Shown: positions 9,199 through 18,160 of the stretch, piece by piece
How the letters are laid out: each line of letters opens with the position of its first letter
Position numbering within the stretch: the first letter of the stretch is position 1
From: Raphidiopsis brookii D9
GTDB taxonomy: Bacteria; Cyanobacteriota; Cyanobacteriia; Cyanobacteriales; Nostocaceae
Direction of reading: 5' to 3'
Assembly: GCA_000175855.1 (NCBI GenBank)
Contig: ACYB01000021.1
Coordinates: 58,656-90,655 of the forward strand
Length of the DNA: 32,000 nt
Program-made: the position numbers and the translations under genes
Notes under the pieces: generated by a model
What the model saw: only the letters and a program-made list of their open reading frames with translations
What the model was told of the DNA's origin: nothing
Databases searched by the model: none

Positions 9199-10059
9199 AT
9201 GATCATGCTACAGAACACAATGGAACCCATAATCAGAGAAATTATATGGCACAAAAAACTAGAGATTACCCAAATTCAACAGGAAATGTCTCTTGCTTCT
9301 CTCCAACGTCAATTAACTGCTGCTCCTAGTGTGAGAGATTTTTTCACTGCTTTGCAACAAAACATTTACAAACCTAGTTTAATTGCAGAAGTGAAAAGGA
9401 TATTCTCCGATGAGAATATGCTTTCATCTGATTTTGATGCTTTGTCTATTGCTAAATCCTATGAACGAACTGGGGCAGCTTGTATATCTGTTGTGACGGA
9501 TCAAAAGTTTTTCCATGGTGGGTTTGATCAGCTGCGCATCGTTCGACATAAAGTCACTCTACCCATTTTATGTAAAGATTTTATTCTGGATCCATGTCAA
9601 ATTTACTTAGCACGAGCAGCAGGAGCAGATGCAATCTTATTAATTGCCGCCATTCTCACGGATCAGCAAATTAATAACTTTTTACGGGTAATTCATTATT
9701 TAGGAATGAATGCTGTAATAGAAGTTCATAATTTGATGGAGTTAGACCGTGTTCTCAGGTTAGAGGATGTGCGTATTATCGCCATTAATAATCGCCGTTT
9801 GGAGGATTTAACCATTAATATCAACACCACTCTGGAGTTAATGGCTGTCAGAAAATCACACCTACATAATTTAGGGATTTTAGTAGTAAGTGAGTCAGGA
9901 ATTGAGACATCTGAGGATTTATCCTTGATGGCTAATGTTGGTGTCAATGGGGTATTAGTAGGAGATTGTTTACTGCGAGAAGAAAATTTAGAGGATGCAG
10001 TGAAAGAGTTGTTAAAATCCCAAGTTTATGGTTTTGGTAGTCCGAGTTATAAAAGCTAA
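9199..10059 (+). CDS. trpC: Indole-3-glycerol-phosphate synthase (divergent paralogue?)
   Basis: 286 aa. IGPS landmarks are present: AEVK, LPILCKDF, IEVHN, AINNRRLEDL, VSESGI and VLVGD. The loop after the Glu-x-Lys is atypical (see findings). The start could be ATG 9199, 9205 or 9220. Confidence 0.8.
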   Translation: MIMLQNTMEPIIREIIWHKKLEITQIQQEMSLASLQRQLTAAPSVRDFFTALQQNIYKPSLIAEVKRIFSDENMLSSDFDALSIAKSYERTGAACISVVTDQKFFHGGFDQLRIVRHKVTLPILCKDFILDPCQIYLARAAGADAILLIAAILTDQQINNFLRVIHYLGMNAVIEVHNLMELDRVLRLEDVRIIAINNRRLEDLTININTTLELMAVRKSHLHNLGILVVSESGIETSEDLSLMANVGVNGVLVGDCLLREENLEDAVKELLKSQVYGFGSPSYKS

Positions 10060-10066
10060 TCAAGCC

Positions 10067-10104
10067 AGCTCCTAAACTTCCACAAGAGGTAAAGGAGCTT
10101 TTTT
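10067..10104 (+). terminator. Rho-independent terminator candidate after trpC
   Basis: AGCTCCT (10067-10073) pairs with AGGAGCT (10093-10099). A possible inner 4-bp stem (CTTC/GAGG) is followed by a T5 run at 10100-10104. It lies 8 nt after the trpC stop. Confidence 0.5.
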
Positions 10105-10123
10105 ATGCTTAGGATTTACCATG

Positions 10124-11596
10124 CTATTTAACAACTTTGAGGGTATGACAACTTGTATCCACACAACCTGTAATCACTCCTCCTAAATCCTGCACCTGCT
10201 GTAAATAGTCTAGGGCTGATTTTGTAATTCTTTCTCCTGGCATTAATATTGGTATTCCTGGAGGATATGGACAAATGTTTTCTGCACAAATTCTATCCAC
10301 CGTCTTTTCTAAAGGTAGAATTTCACTTGTGGCAAAAAAAGCCTCACGGGGAGAAATGCACAACCTATTATCTGGCTGATAATTAAATATTATCTTAGAG
10401 ATTATGTTAGAGGTTCTCGTCCCATATTTCCTAGACCTGGGTATATCATTGTATTTTTTAAAACCTTTTACCAAGGCATTAATATCTGATTCATTATTTC
10501 CTAAACTAATAATAAATGTAACATTCTCAAAAGAGGAAAACTCTGGTACAATACCCATTTCAATTAGGAAATCTTCTGCAATAAAGCCTGTAATGTCTAA
10601 TTCTTTTACATTCACGTTTAATCGAGTTTTATCCAGATCAAAAAAGCCTGGTTGCCTAATTTTTGGCAATTCTAAAACTGATAAACCAGGAACTTCTCGA
10701 ATTTTATTTCTAGCTATATTTGCTAAATCTAGGGTTTTCTGCATCAACTTTTCACCATCTATAGCCATTTGCTGACGTGCTGCATCAAGGGAAGCTAAAA
10801 GTATAAAACTCGGACTGGTGGATTGTACTAATTGTACAGCCTGATTTAATCTATCAATATTAATTCTATTTCCCTGAATATGTAACATTGATGTTTGGGT
10901 CATGGCCCCCAGAGTCTTATGAATAGATTGTATGGTTAAATCCGCACCTGCGGTTAAGGCGGATATGGGTAAATGATCATGAAAATTAAGATGGGCACCA
11001 TGAGCTTCATCAACTATTAAAGGAATATTATATTCATGAGTAACTCGACAGATGGCTTTTAAATTCCCACAAACTCCATCATAGGTTGGATAAACCACTA
11101 ATACAGCCTTAGCCTGGGGATGTTGAGCTAAAGCTACTTGTAAGTCTTTCGGTGTAATACTATGAGTAATATCCACATCTTGATCATACTGGGGATTGAT
11201 AAAAATGGGAATGGCACCAGCTATAATCAGTCCAGAAACCACAGATGAATGTATATTTCTGGGTAGAAGGATATGCTGATTTGGTCCACAAACGGTCATA
11301 ATTGCTGCTATAATACCGCAACTAGAGCCATTGACTAAAAACCAAGTTCTTTGAGCACCAAACGCCATGGCGGCTAATTCTTGTGCTGCTAAAATTGCAC
11401 TTTCAGGTGCGAACAAATTATCTAATTCTGATAGTTCGGTTAAATCGGCTCTAAATACGTCTTTACCAAGCAAATCGGTTAAAATGGGTGAAACTCCTGC
11501 ACCCCGTTTATGTCCAGGAGTATAAAAGGGGGTATGGTTTTTCGATATGCAGGATTTTAAGGCATCAATTAGGGGAGTTTGGCTTTGGTTCAACAT
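10124..11596 (-). CDS. PLP-dependent Orn/Lys/Arg decarboxylase family protein
   Basis: 490 aa. N-terminal FYTPGHKRG and the PLP-lysine context SIHKTLGAMTQTSMLH are typical of the Orn/Lys/Arg decarboxylase major domain. Substrate cannot be assigned by eye. Confidence 0.8.
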   Translation of the reverse strand: MLNQSQTPLIDALKSCISKNHTPFYTPGHKRGAGVSPILTDLLGKDVFRADLTELSELDNLFAPESAILAAQELAAMAFGAQRTWFLVNGSSCGIIAAIMTVCGPNQHILLPRNIHSSVVSGLIIAGAIPIFINPQYDQDVDITHSITPKDLQVALAQHPQAKAVLVVYPTYDGVCGNLKAICRVTHEYNIPLIVDEAHGAHLNFHDHLPISALTAGADLTIQSIHKTLGAMTQTSMLHIQGNRINIDRLNQAVQLVQSTSPSFILLASLDAARQQMAIDGEKLMQKTLDLANIARNKIREVPGLSVLELPKIRQPGFFDLDKTRLNVNVKELDITGFIAEDFLIEMGIVPEFSSFENVTFIISLGNNESDINALVKGFKKYNDIPRSRKYGTRTSNIISKIIFNYQPDNRLCISPREAFFATSEILPLEKTVDRICAENICPYPPGIPILMPGERITKSALDYLQQVQDLGGVITGCVDTSCHTLKVVK

Positions 11597-11734
11597 CGAA
11601 AGATCTCTCTCAAGTTAAAAAATCAACAAATCGTCAATCTAATCTCGCAAAATAGTGTTAATTTATATGGAGTTATTCCCGATTTTTCAACATCTGTCCA
11701 TGAAATCTGCTACATCTTTGATGATAATATCGCC

Positions 11735-12751
11735 ATGAATGCGCATCTAGGATCTGCTGTGCTAAATTCCGCAAGTTTAACCATGCACCCAGTCACCACG
11801 GGAGTGACTGACAATCAACGTCTGCGATTATTTTCTGGATCGGCCAATATCCAATTAGCTCAAGAAGTGGCACGCTACTTGGGCCTGGACTTGGGCCCCA
11901 TGATCCGCAAAAGATTTGCGGATGGTGAGTTGTATATTCAAATTCAAGAGTCTATTCGCGGTTGTGATGTTTATTTAATTCAACCAACTTGTAAGCCAGT
12001 TAATGACCATTTAATGGAATTACTAATCATGATTGATGCCTGTCGTCGTGCTTCTGCTAGACAGATTACGGCAGTAGTTCCTTATTATGGTTACGCCCGT
12101 GCGGATCGAAAAACAGCTGGGAGAGAGTCTATTACTGCTAAATTAGTTGCTAACTTAATTACCCAAGCAGGGGCTAATCGAGTCCTGGCTATGGATTTAC
12201 ATGCGGCACAAATCCAGGGGTACTTTGATATACCCTTTGATCATGTTTATGGTTCGCCAGTTTTACTGGAGTACCTACAGAACAAAGCACTACAAGATAT
12301 TGTTGTGGTTTCTCCTGATGTGGGTGGGGTAGCTCGAGCTAGAGCATTTGCTAAAAAACTCAATGATGCTCCCCTGGCAATAATTGATAAACGTCGTCAA
12401 GCTCATAATGTAGCTGAAGTTCTGAATGTGATTGGGGATGTGAAGGGCAAAACAGCTGTTTTAGTTGATGATATGATTGATACGGGAGGTACCATTACTC
12501 AGGGAGCAAAGTTACTCCGAGAAGAAGGCGCCAGTCAAGTATATGCTTGTGCAACTCATGCAGTATTTTCACCACCAGCTATTGAACGTCTTTCCAGTGG
12601 ATTGTTTGAGGAGGTGATAGTTACTAATACGATTCCCATTCCCCAATCGGATCAATTCCCCCAATTAGTGGTGCTTTCAGTTGCTAATTTGCTTGGAGAG
12701 GCCATTTGGCGTATTCATGAGGACACTTCTCTGAGTAGTTTATTTCGTTAG
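11735..12751 (+). CDS. prs: Ribose-phosphate pyrophosphokinase
   Basis: Start moved to ATG 11735 (MNAHLGSAVL...RLRLFSGSANIQLAQEVARYLG), giving 338 aa. This removes the overlap with the divergent decarboxylase gene. DLHA motif and PRPP loop VLVDDMIDTGGT are present. Confidence 0.9.
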   Translation: MNAHLGSAVLNSASLTMHPVTTGVTDNQRLRLFSGSANIQLAQEVARYLGLDLGPMIRKRFADGELYIQIQESIRGCDVYLIQPTCKPVNDHLMELLIMIDACRRASARQITAVVPYYGYARADRKTAGRESITAKLVANLITQAGANRVLAMDLHAAQIQGYFDIPFDHVYGSPVLLEYLQNKALQDIVVVSPDVGGVARARAFAKKLNDAPLAIIDKRRQAHNVAEVLNVIGDVKGKTAVLVDDMIDTGGTITQGAKLLREEGASQVYACATHAVFSPPAIERLSSGLFEEVIVTNTIPIPQSDQFPQLVVLSVANLLGEAIWRIHEDTSLSSLFR

Positions 12752-12831
12752 TTGACATGCTAATCGCGATATTATCTAAATAAGTTAGTAGCTTGACTTT
12801 CCCGTTTCTATAGTAAGGTATAAGTAGAACC

Positions 12832-13290
12832 ATGTCTAAAACTGTTGCCCAGGTGATGACCCATAATCCGATTATGGTTAATCCTCAAACTCCTTTAAAA
12901 CAGGCAATCCAAATCTTGGCTGAGAAGCAAATTAGCGGGTTACCTGTGGTTGATGATATGGGTAAGTTGGTGGGGATTATCTCAGAAACGGATCTAATGT
13001 GGCAAGAAACGGGAATTACCCCTCCTGCATACATTATGTTTTTGGATAGTGTGATTTACTTACAAAACCCTGCTACTTACGAACGGGATTTACACAAAGC
13101 TCTGGGACAAACTGTGGGGGAAGTGATGAGTAACAATCCGATCACTATTAGTCCTGATCAGTCTTTGAAAGCAGCAGCAAAAATTATCCAGGACCACAAG
13201 GTTCGTCGTCTCCCCGTGGTTGATGATTCTGCTACTGTAATTGGTATTCTGACCCGTGGTGATATTATTCGCGCTATGGCATACGATTGA
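12832..13290 (+). CDS. CBS-domain pair protein
   Basis: 152 aa with two CBS repeats (ISGLPVVDDMGKLVGIISETDL and VRRLPVVDDSATVIGILTRGDI). Confidence 0.8.
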   Translation: MSKTVAQVMTHNPIMVNPQTPLKQAIQILAEKQISGLPVVDDMGKLVGIISETDLMWQETGITPPAYIMFLDSVIYLQNPATYERDLHKALGQTVGEVMSNNPITISPDQSLKAAAKIIQDHKVRRLPVVDDSATVIGILTRGDIIRAMAYD

Positions 13291-13298
13291 TTGTTCTT

Positions 13299-14423
13299 CT
13301 AGTTGTTTGCTTCCAGCAATCGGGAGGTTTCAAATCTATCCATCCACTTTTCCAAGTACACTAGATTGGCTGTCTGTTCGCTAGGATCCTCTGTGTCTAT
13401 GGTATATGGCATTAATCCTAGAATAGCTGCGGTTGTCACACAAAACATGGACTTTTGAAAGCTTATACAGATTTGCACCAGCAAGTCCTCTTCACCTCTC
13501 AAACTGCGACGGTAAATCTCGTGGAGATATTCGGGTAGATAATGGCGCATATCATGCATTAATAATGTGGGTGGAACACCTGAACCACCAATAGGGAGGG
13601 GATCCGCATATAAAGCACCATATTCAAATCTGGCCTGGTCTGGGGGAACCTGATATGCTTGGGCGTTTAGGGACACTGTTCCTAAAAAGGGTGTGCCTCG
13701 GAAAAATACTGCTTCTACGTAGGGAATAGCTGTGTCGTCCAAGAATGTTAATCCTATGGATTTAGGAATAATATCATAAACTTGCTCCCGAATTTTTACT
13801 TGGTAGGTGATTGGTTTCAAGGCATCCTTGACTAAACCAGCTTTGATGTGTTCTACTACTTGAGGAATAGATGTGATTTTTCCGAGATCGTACAGATCTG
13901 ATAAACCCAGAAAGATATCAGCCATGACTCGCCAAAATTGACCTAGACCACTATAATAGGCCGACATCCGCAATTGTTCAATTAAAAAGTCAGGAAACAG
14001 CTGGTTAAGACCTATAACTCCTAGGTTGTATTTGAATTTAGCTGATATTACGGCCTGGGATCTGTGGGCAAATTCAGGGCTATCTAAATAGGAATCTAGC
14101 CCCCCACCACCATGCCACATCATGGTTTTCATGCAGTATTCTGCATATTCAAAGTTAATCCGATCATGCCACAAATGACGGAATAATTGGGGAAGGGAGA
14201 TTTTGCCGTTAAAATATTTAAAAAATGGGAAGAATACTAAAAATTGATGATCTGCTATGTAGATGAGGTTTTGAGAATAAGCATCTAGGACCACACCATA
14301 ACTTTTGAGGATCCCTACAACTTCTAGAACATTTTCTGGACTGTCTTTGAGTAGGGCCTTTCCGGTTTGCAATTGCTCGATGAATTCATGTAGGGGATGA
14401 ACCCTGTTTTCAATCTGTTTCAT
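13299..14423 (-). CDS. CO2 hydration protein of the ChpX/ChpY (CupB/CupA) family
   Basis: Family core VVGILKSYGVVLDAYSQNLIYIADHQFLVFFPFFKYFNG...WHDRINFEYAEYCMKTMMWHGGGGLD. Start set to ATG 14423-14421, which overlaps the ndhD stop as ATGA and gives 374 aa. The ORF-track start at 14501 would overlap ndhD by 82 nt. Confidence 0.85.
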   Translation of the reverse strand: MKQIENRVHPLHEFIEQLQTGKALLKDSPENVLEVVGILKSYGVVLDAYSQNLIYIADHQFLVFFPFFKYFNGKISLPQLFRHLWHDRINFEYAEYCMKTMMWHGGGGLDSYLDSPEFAHRSQAVISAKFKYNLGVIGLNQLFPDFLIEQLRMSAYYSGLGQFWRVMADIFLGLSDLYDLGKITSIPQVVEHIKAGLVKDALKPITYQVKIREQVYDIIPKSIGLTFLDDTAIPYVEAVFFRGTPFLGTVSLNAQAYQVPPDQARFEYGALYADPLPIGGSGVPPTLLMHDMRHYLPEYLHEIYRRSLRGEEDLLVQICISFQKSMFCVTTAAILGLMPYTIDTEDPSEQTANLVYLEKWMDRFETSRLLEANN

Positions 14424-15907
14424 TGACTTACTTGAGTTAATTGGCTTGCTGGTTTTTGCACACTCACCTGCACTGTTGCTTGACTCCAATGGGTTAACCA
14501 TGACGGTTGAATTCCCAAAATAATAATTAATCCCGCTAATACTACAGCAGGCAAGCGATCGCTCAGGTATACGGGAGGTAGTCTAACTACTTGTGATGAT
14601 AATCTGCCAAAGAAGGCCCGATTCACCAAAATTAGGAAATAAACTGCTGTTAAACCAGTTCCCACCATGGATAATAGGGTTTGGACTGGAAAAACCTCAT
14701 AGCTACCCCGGAAGATAATAAATTCTGAAATAAAACCTACCATCCCTGGTATACCTGCACTGGCCATAACTCCTAAAATCATTAGTGTGCCAACCACTGG
14801 CATTCCTCGCTCGGGATTTAATAACCCCCGCAGTACCTCTAAATCACGACTACCAGCTTTTTTGTATACTACACCCACCAGTAAGAACAACATGGCTGAA
14901 ATCAGTCCGTGACTCACCATTTGCATGATAGCACCTAGTACACTCAAAGGTGTGGCCGCTGCTGTCGCTAAAAGTACATAGCCCATGTGTCCAATAGAGC
15001 TATAGGCTACCATTTTTTTCATGTCCTTCTGAGCGATCGCACAGGATGCTCCAAATAATACACTAATTACCGCCCATGTTGCCAAGGTAGGTGCTGCATA
15101 TTCCCAGGCTTGGGGTAATAAGTTCATACCGAATCTAACCAGACCATAGGTTCCTAATTTCAACAGTACCCCCGCTAAAAGTACGGAAATGGGAGTGGAT
15201 GCTTCTACGTGGGCATCGGGTAACCAGGTATGAAAAGGAACAAGGGGGATTTTGATGCCAAATCCGATGATGATTCCGGCCAATAACAACAGTTGGGTGG
15301 TTAAAGGTAGAGTGTGAGCATTGACAGTTTCTAGGGCAAAACTGGGGGAATGACTCAACCAAATCATTCCCAAGAAACTGGCCAGAATGAGGATTCCTGA
15401 GAGGGCGGTATAAATGAGAAACTTAGTAGCTGCATAACCTTTTCGTATTCCTCCCCAAATGGCAATTAGTAAGTATAGGGGAATCAGTTCTAATTCGTAA
15501 AACAGGAAGAACAATAATAGGTCTTGGGCTAAAAAAGCTCCAATTACTCCAGTGCTCAGTAAAAAAATTAAGGAATAATAAAACTTGGGACGCTGGATTG
15601 ACTCATCAGTACTGTAAATGGCAATAACGGTCAAAATTCCGTTCAACAATAGTAAGGGTAAGGATAAACCATCCACACCCAAACGATAGTTTAACCCCAA
15701 CACATCTATCCAAATCAGGGATTCGGTAAATTGGACATTCCCCTGGTTAGGGTCAAACTTAATTGTTAACAAAACAGTCCACAAAAAATACATTCCAGCA
15801 ATGGCCAAAGAGATTTGACGGGCAGTTCTTCCACTTATCGATGCTGGATAAAAACCAATCACAGCTGCACCAATTAGAGGTAGCAAAATTAGGGTACTTA
15901 ACATCAT
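14420..15907 (-). CDS. ndhD: NAD(P)H-quinone oxidoreductase chain 4, CO2-uptake paralogue (NdhD3/NdhD4 type)
   Basis: A 495-aa polytopic NuoM/NdhD-family protein. It sits between an NdhF-type gene and the Cup gene, the arrangement specific to the CO2-uptake NDH-1 variants. Confidence 0.85.
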   Translation of the reverse strand: MMLSTLILLPLIGAAVIGFYPASISGRTARQISLAIAGMYFLWTVLLTIKFDPNQGNVQFTESLIWIDVLGLNYRLGVDGLSLPLLLLNGILTVIAIYSTDESIQRPKFYYSLIFLLSTGVIGAFLAQDLLLFFLFYELELIPLYLLIAIWGGIRKGYAATKFLIYTALSGILILASFLGMIWLSHSPSFALETVNAHTLPLTTQLLLLAGIIIGFGIKIPLVPFHTWLPDAHVEASTPISVLLAGVLLKLGTYGLVRFGMNLLPQAWEYAAPTLATWAVISVLFGASCAIAQKDMKKMVAYSSIGHMGYVLLATAAATPLSVLGAIMQMVSHGLISAMLFLLVGVVYKKAGSRDLEVLRGLLNPERGMPVVGTLMILGVMASAGIPGMVGFISEFIIFRGSYEVFPVQTLLSMVGTGLTAVYFLILVNRAFFGRLSSQVVRLPPVYLSDRLPAVVLAGLIIILGIQPSWLTHWSQATVQVSVQKPASQLTQVSQ

Positions 15908-15964
15908 TAGTTCATCACCAGTTCATTATTGCTAATTTGGCATTTAGGAGGCTATTCACTACGA

Positions 15965-17821
15965 CTAGAAGGGTAATCTATTTAGTAAACCTAAGTAACC
16001 ACTAATCAAGAAACCAAGCAAACTGATCACCACCAGAATCGTTAACATATAACCCTGAGATTGACCAGAAACACTATATTTTAGGCTTTGTCCACCAAAC
16101 ATAGCTGCAAATCCCACCAGATTAACCAGACCATCTACTAAATAGCGATCGCACCAGGAGGATATTTTAGATAAGAGTGCTACTACACCGACTATGGTCA
16201 ACCGATATATTTTATCAATGTAAAAATCATATCCTAAGAAATCTTGAACAAATCTCCATGCCAAAATCCTCGATCTCGACCAACCCTTATGTAGATATAT
16301 GGTAGAGCCGATTACCACTCCCAAGACAGTGGAACCTACTAATGCCACAGCTATGTACCAATCAATATCTTCCCAGTCAGGAAGTAAGTACCATTGCTGA
16401 AGCATGACTGGTAATATTAAAGTTATAATTGTTAGGGTAACCATGGGAAGAGCCATGGGCCAACCTACTTCCGGGGCGCGACGGGTTTTTGTTGGGGGTT
16501 GTCCCCAAAAGATCAGACGAAAAACCCTAGTTAAATTTAGGGCGGTTAGGCCATTGACTAAAATTAACACCACAATCACCCAGGGACTAATCTTCACTAA
16601 ACCATCAGCCCACGCTAACATGGCCCAAAAACTTCCCAGGGGTAATAAGGTGACCATTCCCGCTGCACCCACCAAAAAAGCCATTGTTGTTGCTGGCATC
16701 CTTGACCATAACCCACCCATTTCCGTCAGATCTTGAGTTTGAGTGGTATATATAACAGAACCAGAACTCATAAATAATAGTGCCTTGGCGATCGCATGGG
16801 TTAACAGCAGCATCAGAGCTACACCGCCCTGCTCCATTCCTACCGCTAAAAATACCAATCCCATGTATGCACTTGTGGAATGAGATAGGGCGCGTTTAAT
16901 ATCAATTTGAGCTATTGAAACTAAAGTTGCTCCTACTGCTGTAACAGTACCCATAATAATCAAAGCATTCAAAGCCACGGGAGATAGGCTGAGGATTGGT
17001 TGAATTTTATAGAGAACATAGGCCCCACCAGCGACCACCAGAGAGTTGCGCATGACAGAGGCTGGGTTTGGCCCTTCCATAGCCTCATCTAGCCACAAAT
17101 GGAGGGGGAATTGGGCGCACTTACCAGCAGGTCCAGCAATTAGGGCTATACCTAGCAAGGTAGAAGTCAGAGGATTTAAATTTGCCCCTTGCATCCACTC
17201 ATAAAGGTCTGAAAAGTTGAGGCTATTAGCTTTAGTAGAAAGTATAACCACAGCCATAAGTAGTAACAGGTCTCCCACTCGCTTAGTTAAAAACGCATCC
17301 CTAGCTGCTGTTACCACTAGGGGTTGGGCATACCAAAAACCCACCAGTAGATAGGTAGAAAGAGTAAGAACCTCCAATAGAGCATAACTAAGAAATAAGG
17401 AGTCACTTACAGCTAATCCACTCAAAGCTGCTTCAAAAAATCCCAAGAGAGCAAAAAAGCGTGCTAGGGACCAGTCTTTTTCCATATAACCCAAAGCATA
17501 AGTTTGAGCTAATAGACCTAATCCGCTAATTAACACTAATGCTCCCACACTCACCTGGGATAATTCTAAAGCAAAATTTAACTGAAAATCGCCGAACTGA
17601 AACCAGTTAATTACTAAGCTTTGTGAATCTGTACCCTCCAAATTTTTAAATACAAGCAAGCTATGGAAGAAAGCCAATATAGTCATTAACAAGTTCAGAT
17701 AAGCAGCAGGTCTAGGACCCGTACTTTTAACTATTCCCACACACCAGGGTAGGCTCAGAATTGCCCCCAATAGGCTATAAAACGGCACAAACCAACTTGT
17801 GAATAATAAGACCTCATTCAT
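15965..17821 (-). CDS. ndhF: NAD(P)H-quinone oxidoreductase chain 5, CO2-uptake paralogue (NdhF3/NdhF4 type)
   Basis: A 618-aa polytopic NuoL/NdhF-family protein (MNEVLLFTSWFVPFYSLLGAILSLPW...TGPRPAAY...). It is the first gene of the ndhF-ndhD-cup cluster. Confidence 0.85.
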   Translation of the reverse strand: MNEVLLFTSWFVPFYSLLGAILSLPWCVGIVKSTGPRPAAYLNLLMTILAFFHSLLVFKNLEGTDSQSLVINWFQFGDFQLNFALELSQVSVGALVLISGLGLLAQTYALGYMEKDWSLARFFALLGFFEAALSGLAVSDSLFLSYALLEVLTLSTYLLVGFWYAQPLVVTAARDAFLTKRVGDLLLLMAVVILSTKANSLNFSDLYEWMQGANLNPLTSTLLGIALIAGPAGKCAQFPLHLWLDEAMEGPNPASVMRNSLVVAGGAYVLYKIQPILSLSPVALNALIIMGTVTAVGATLVSIAQIDIKRALSHSTSAYMGLVFLAVGMEQGGVALMLLLTHAIAKALLFMSSGSVIYTTQTQDLTEMGGLWSRMPATTMAFLVGAAGMVTLLPLGSFWAMLAWADGLVKISPWVIVVLILVNGLTALNLTRVFRLIFWGQPPTKTRRAPEVGWPMALPMVTLTIITLILPVMLQQWYLLPDWEDIDWYIAVALVGSTVLGVVIGSTIYLHKGWSRSRILAWRFVQDFLGYDFYIDKIYRLTIVGVVALLSKISSWCDRYLVDGLVNLVGFAAMFGGQSLKYSVSGQSQGYMLTILVVISLLGFLISGYLGLLNRLPF

Positions 17822-17927
17822 CTAAATCATCGGGCTCCAATTTTTCTTTCTTAAACAGGCTTAAAACAAATCTCGGTTTAGAGTAAGTCAACCTGACCAC
17901 AATCAAGTTTTTTAATATTTTTTTCAT
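17814..17927 (-). CDS. Possible 37-aa upstream ORF overlapping the ndhF start
   Basis: ATG at 17927-17925 preceded by AGGAG 9 nt upstream (reverse strand reads ctccAGGAGagaacaaagATG). The peptide is MKKILKNLIVVRLTYSKPRFVLSLFKKEKLEPDDLDE*. Its TGA (17816-17814) lies 5 nt inside ndhF. No homology recognised. Confidence 0.2.
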   Translation of the reverse strand: MKKILKNLIVVRLTYSKPRFVLSLFKKEKLEPDDLDE

Positions 17928-18160
17928 CTTTGTTCTCTCCTGGAGACCCCTGGTCTGGGTTGTTGACAATATTGCCGTCTTGAGCCCGACCACTCCTGGC
18001 GACTTCATTATTGTTTATACAGTTACCACAATTTGCCATATCAATCATAGTACCTGGGAAATTTTTCCGTGAGGATAACTTAGATTATACGCACCCTTGA
18101 CAAGTCATGATAGATGTGAATATATTCATTAACCAACACGGTTTATGGTGTTCTGGGCAG

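Noticed and set aside
10404-10775. 123-aa plus-strand ORF inside the decarboxylase gene. The same applies to 15763-16005, 16404-16736, 19515-19880, 22813-23142, 23817-24191 and 24951-25265
   Set aside because: All lie antisense within genes that have strong family signatures, and their sequences are low in complexity or biased in composition. They are typical shadow ORFs.
11579-11734. N-terminal 52-aa extension of prs (ORF-track start 11579)
   Set aside because: The extension overlaps the divergent decarboxylase start and has no PRPP-synthetase similarity. The conserved N-terminus begins at MNAHLGSAV (ATG 11735).
14424-14501. N-terminal 26-aa extension of the CO2 hydration protein
   Set aside because: It would overlap ndhD by 82 nt. 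The internal ATG forms an ATGA stop-start overlap with ndhD and precedes the conserved region directly.
17928-18008. Longer 64-aa version of the ORF upstream of ndhF
   Set aside because: No RBS precedes the upstream start. Only the internal ATG at 17927 has an AGGAG, so only the 37-codon version is reported, and at low confidence.
18100-18125. gATAGatgtgaatATATtc as an NdhR/CcmR-type ATAG-N8-CTAT site
   Set aside because: Only one half-site matches; the second half is ATAT rather than CTAT. The nearby ACTAT-T-ATAGT palindrome (about 18200-18210) has the wrong spacing.
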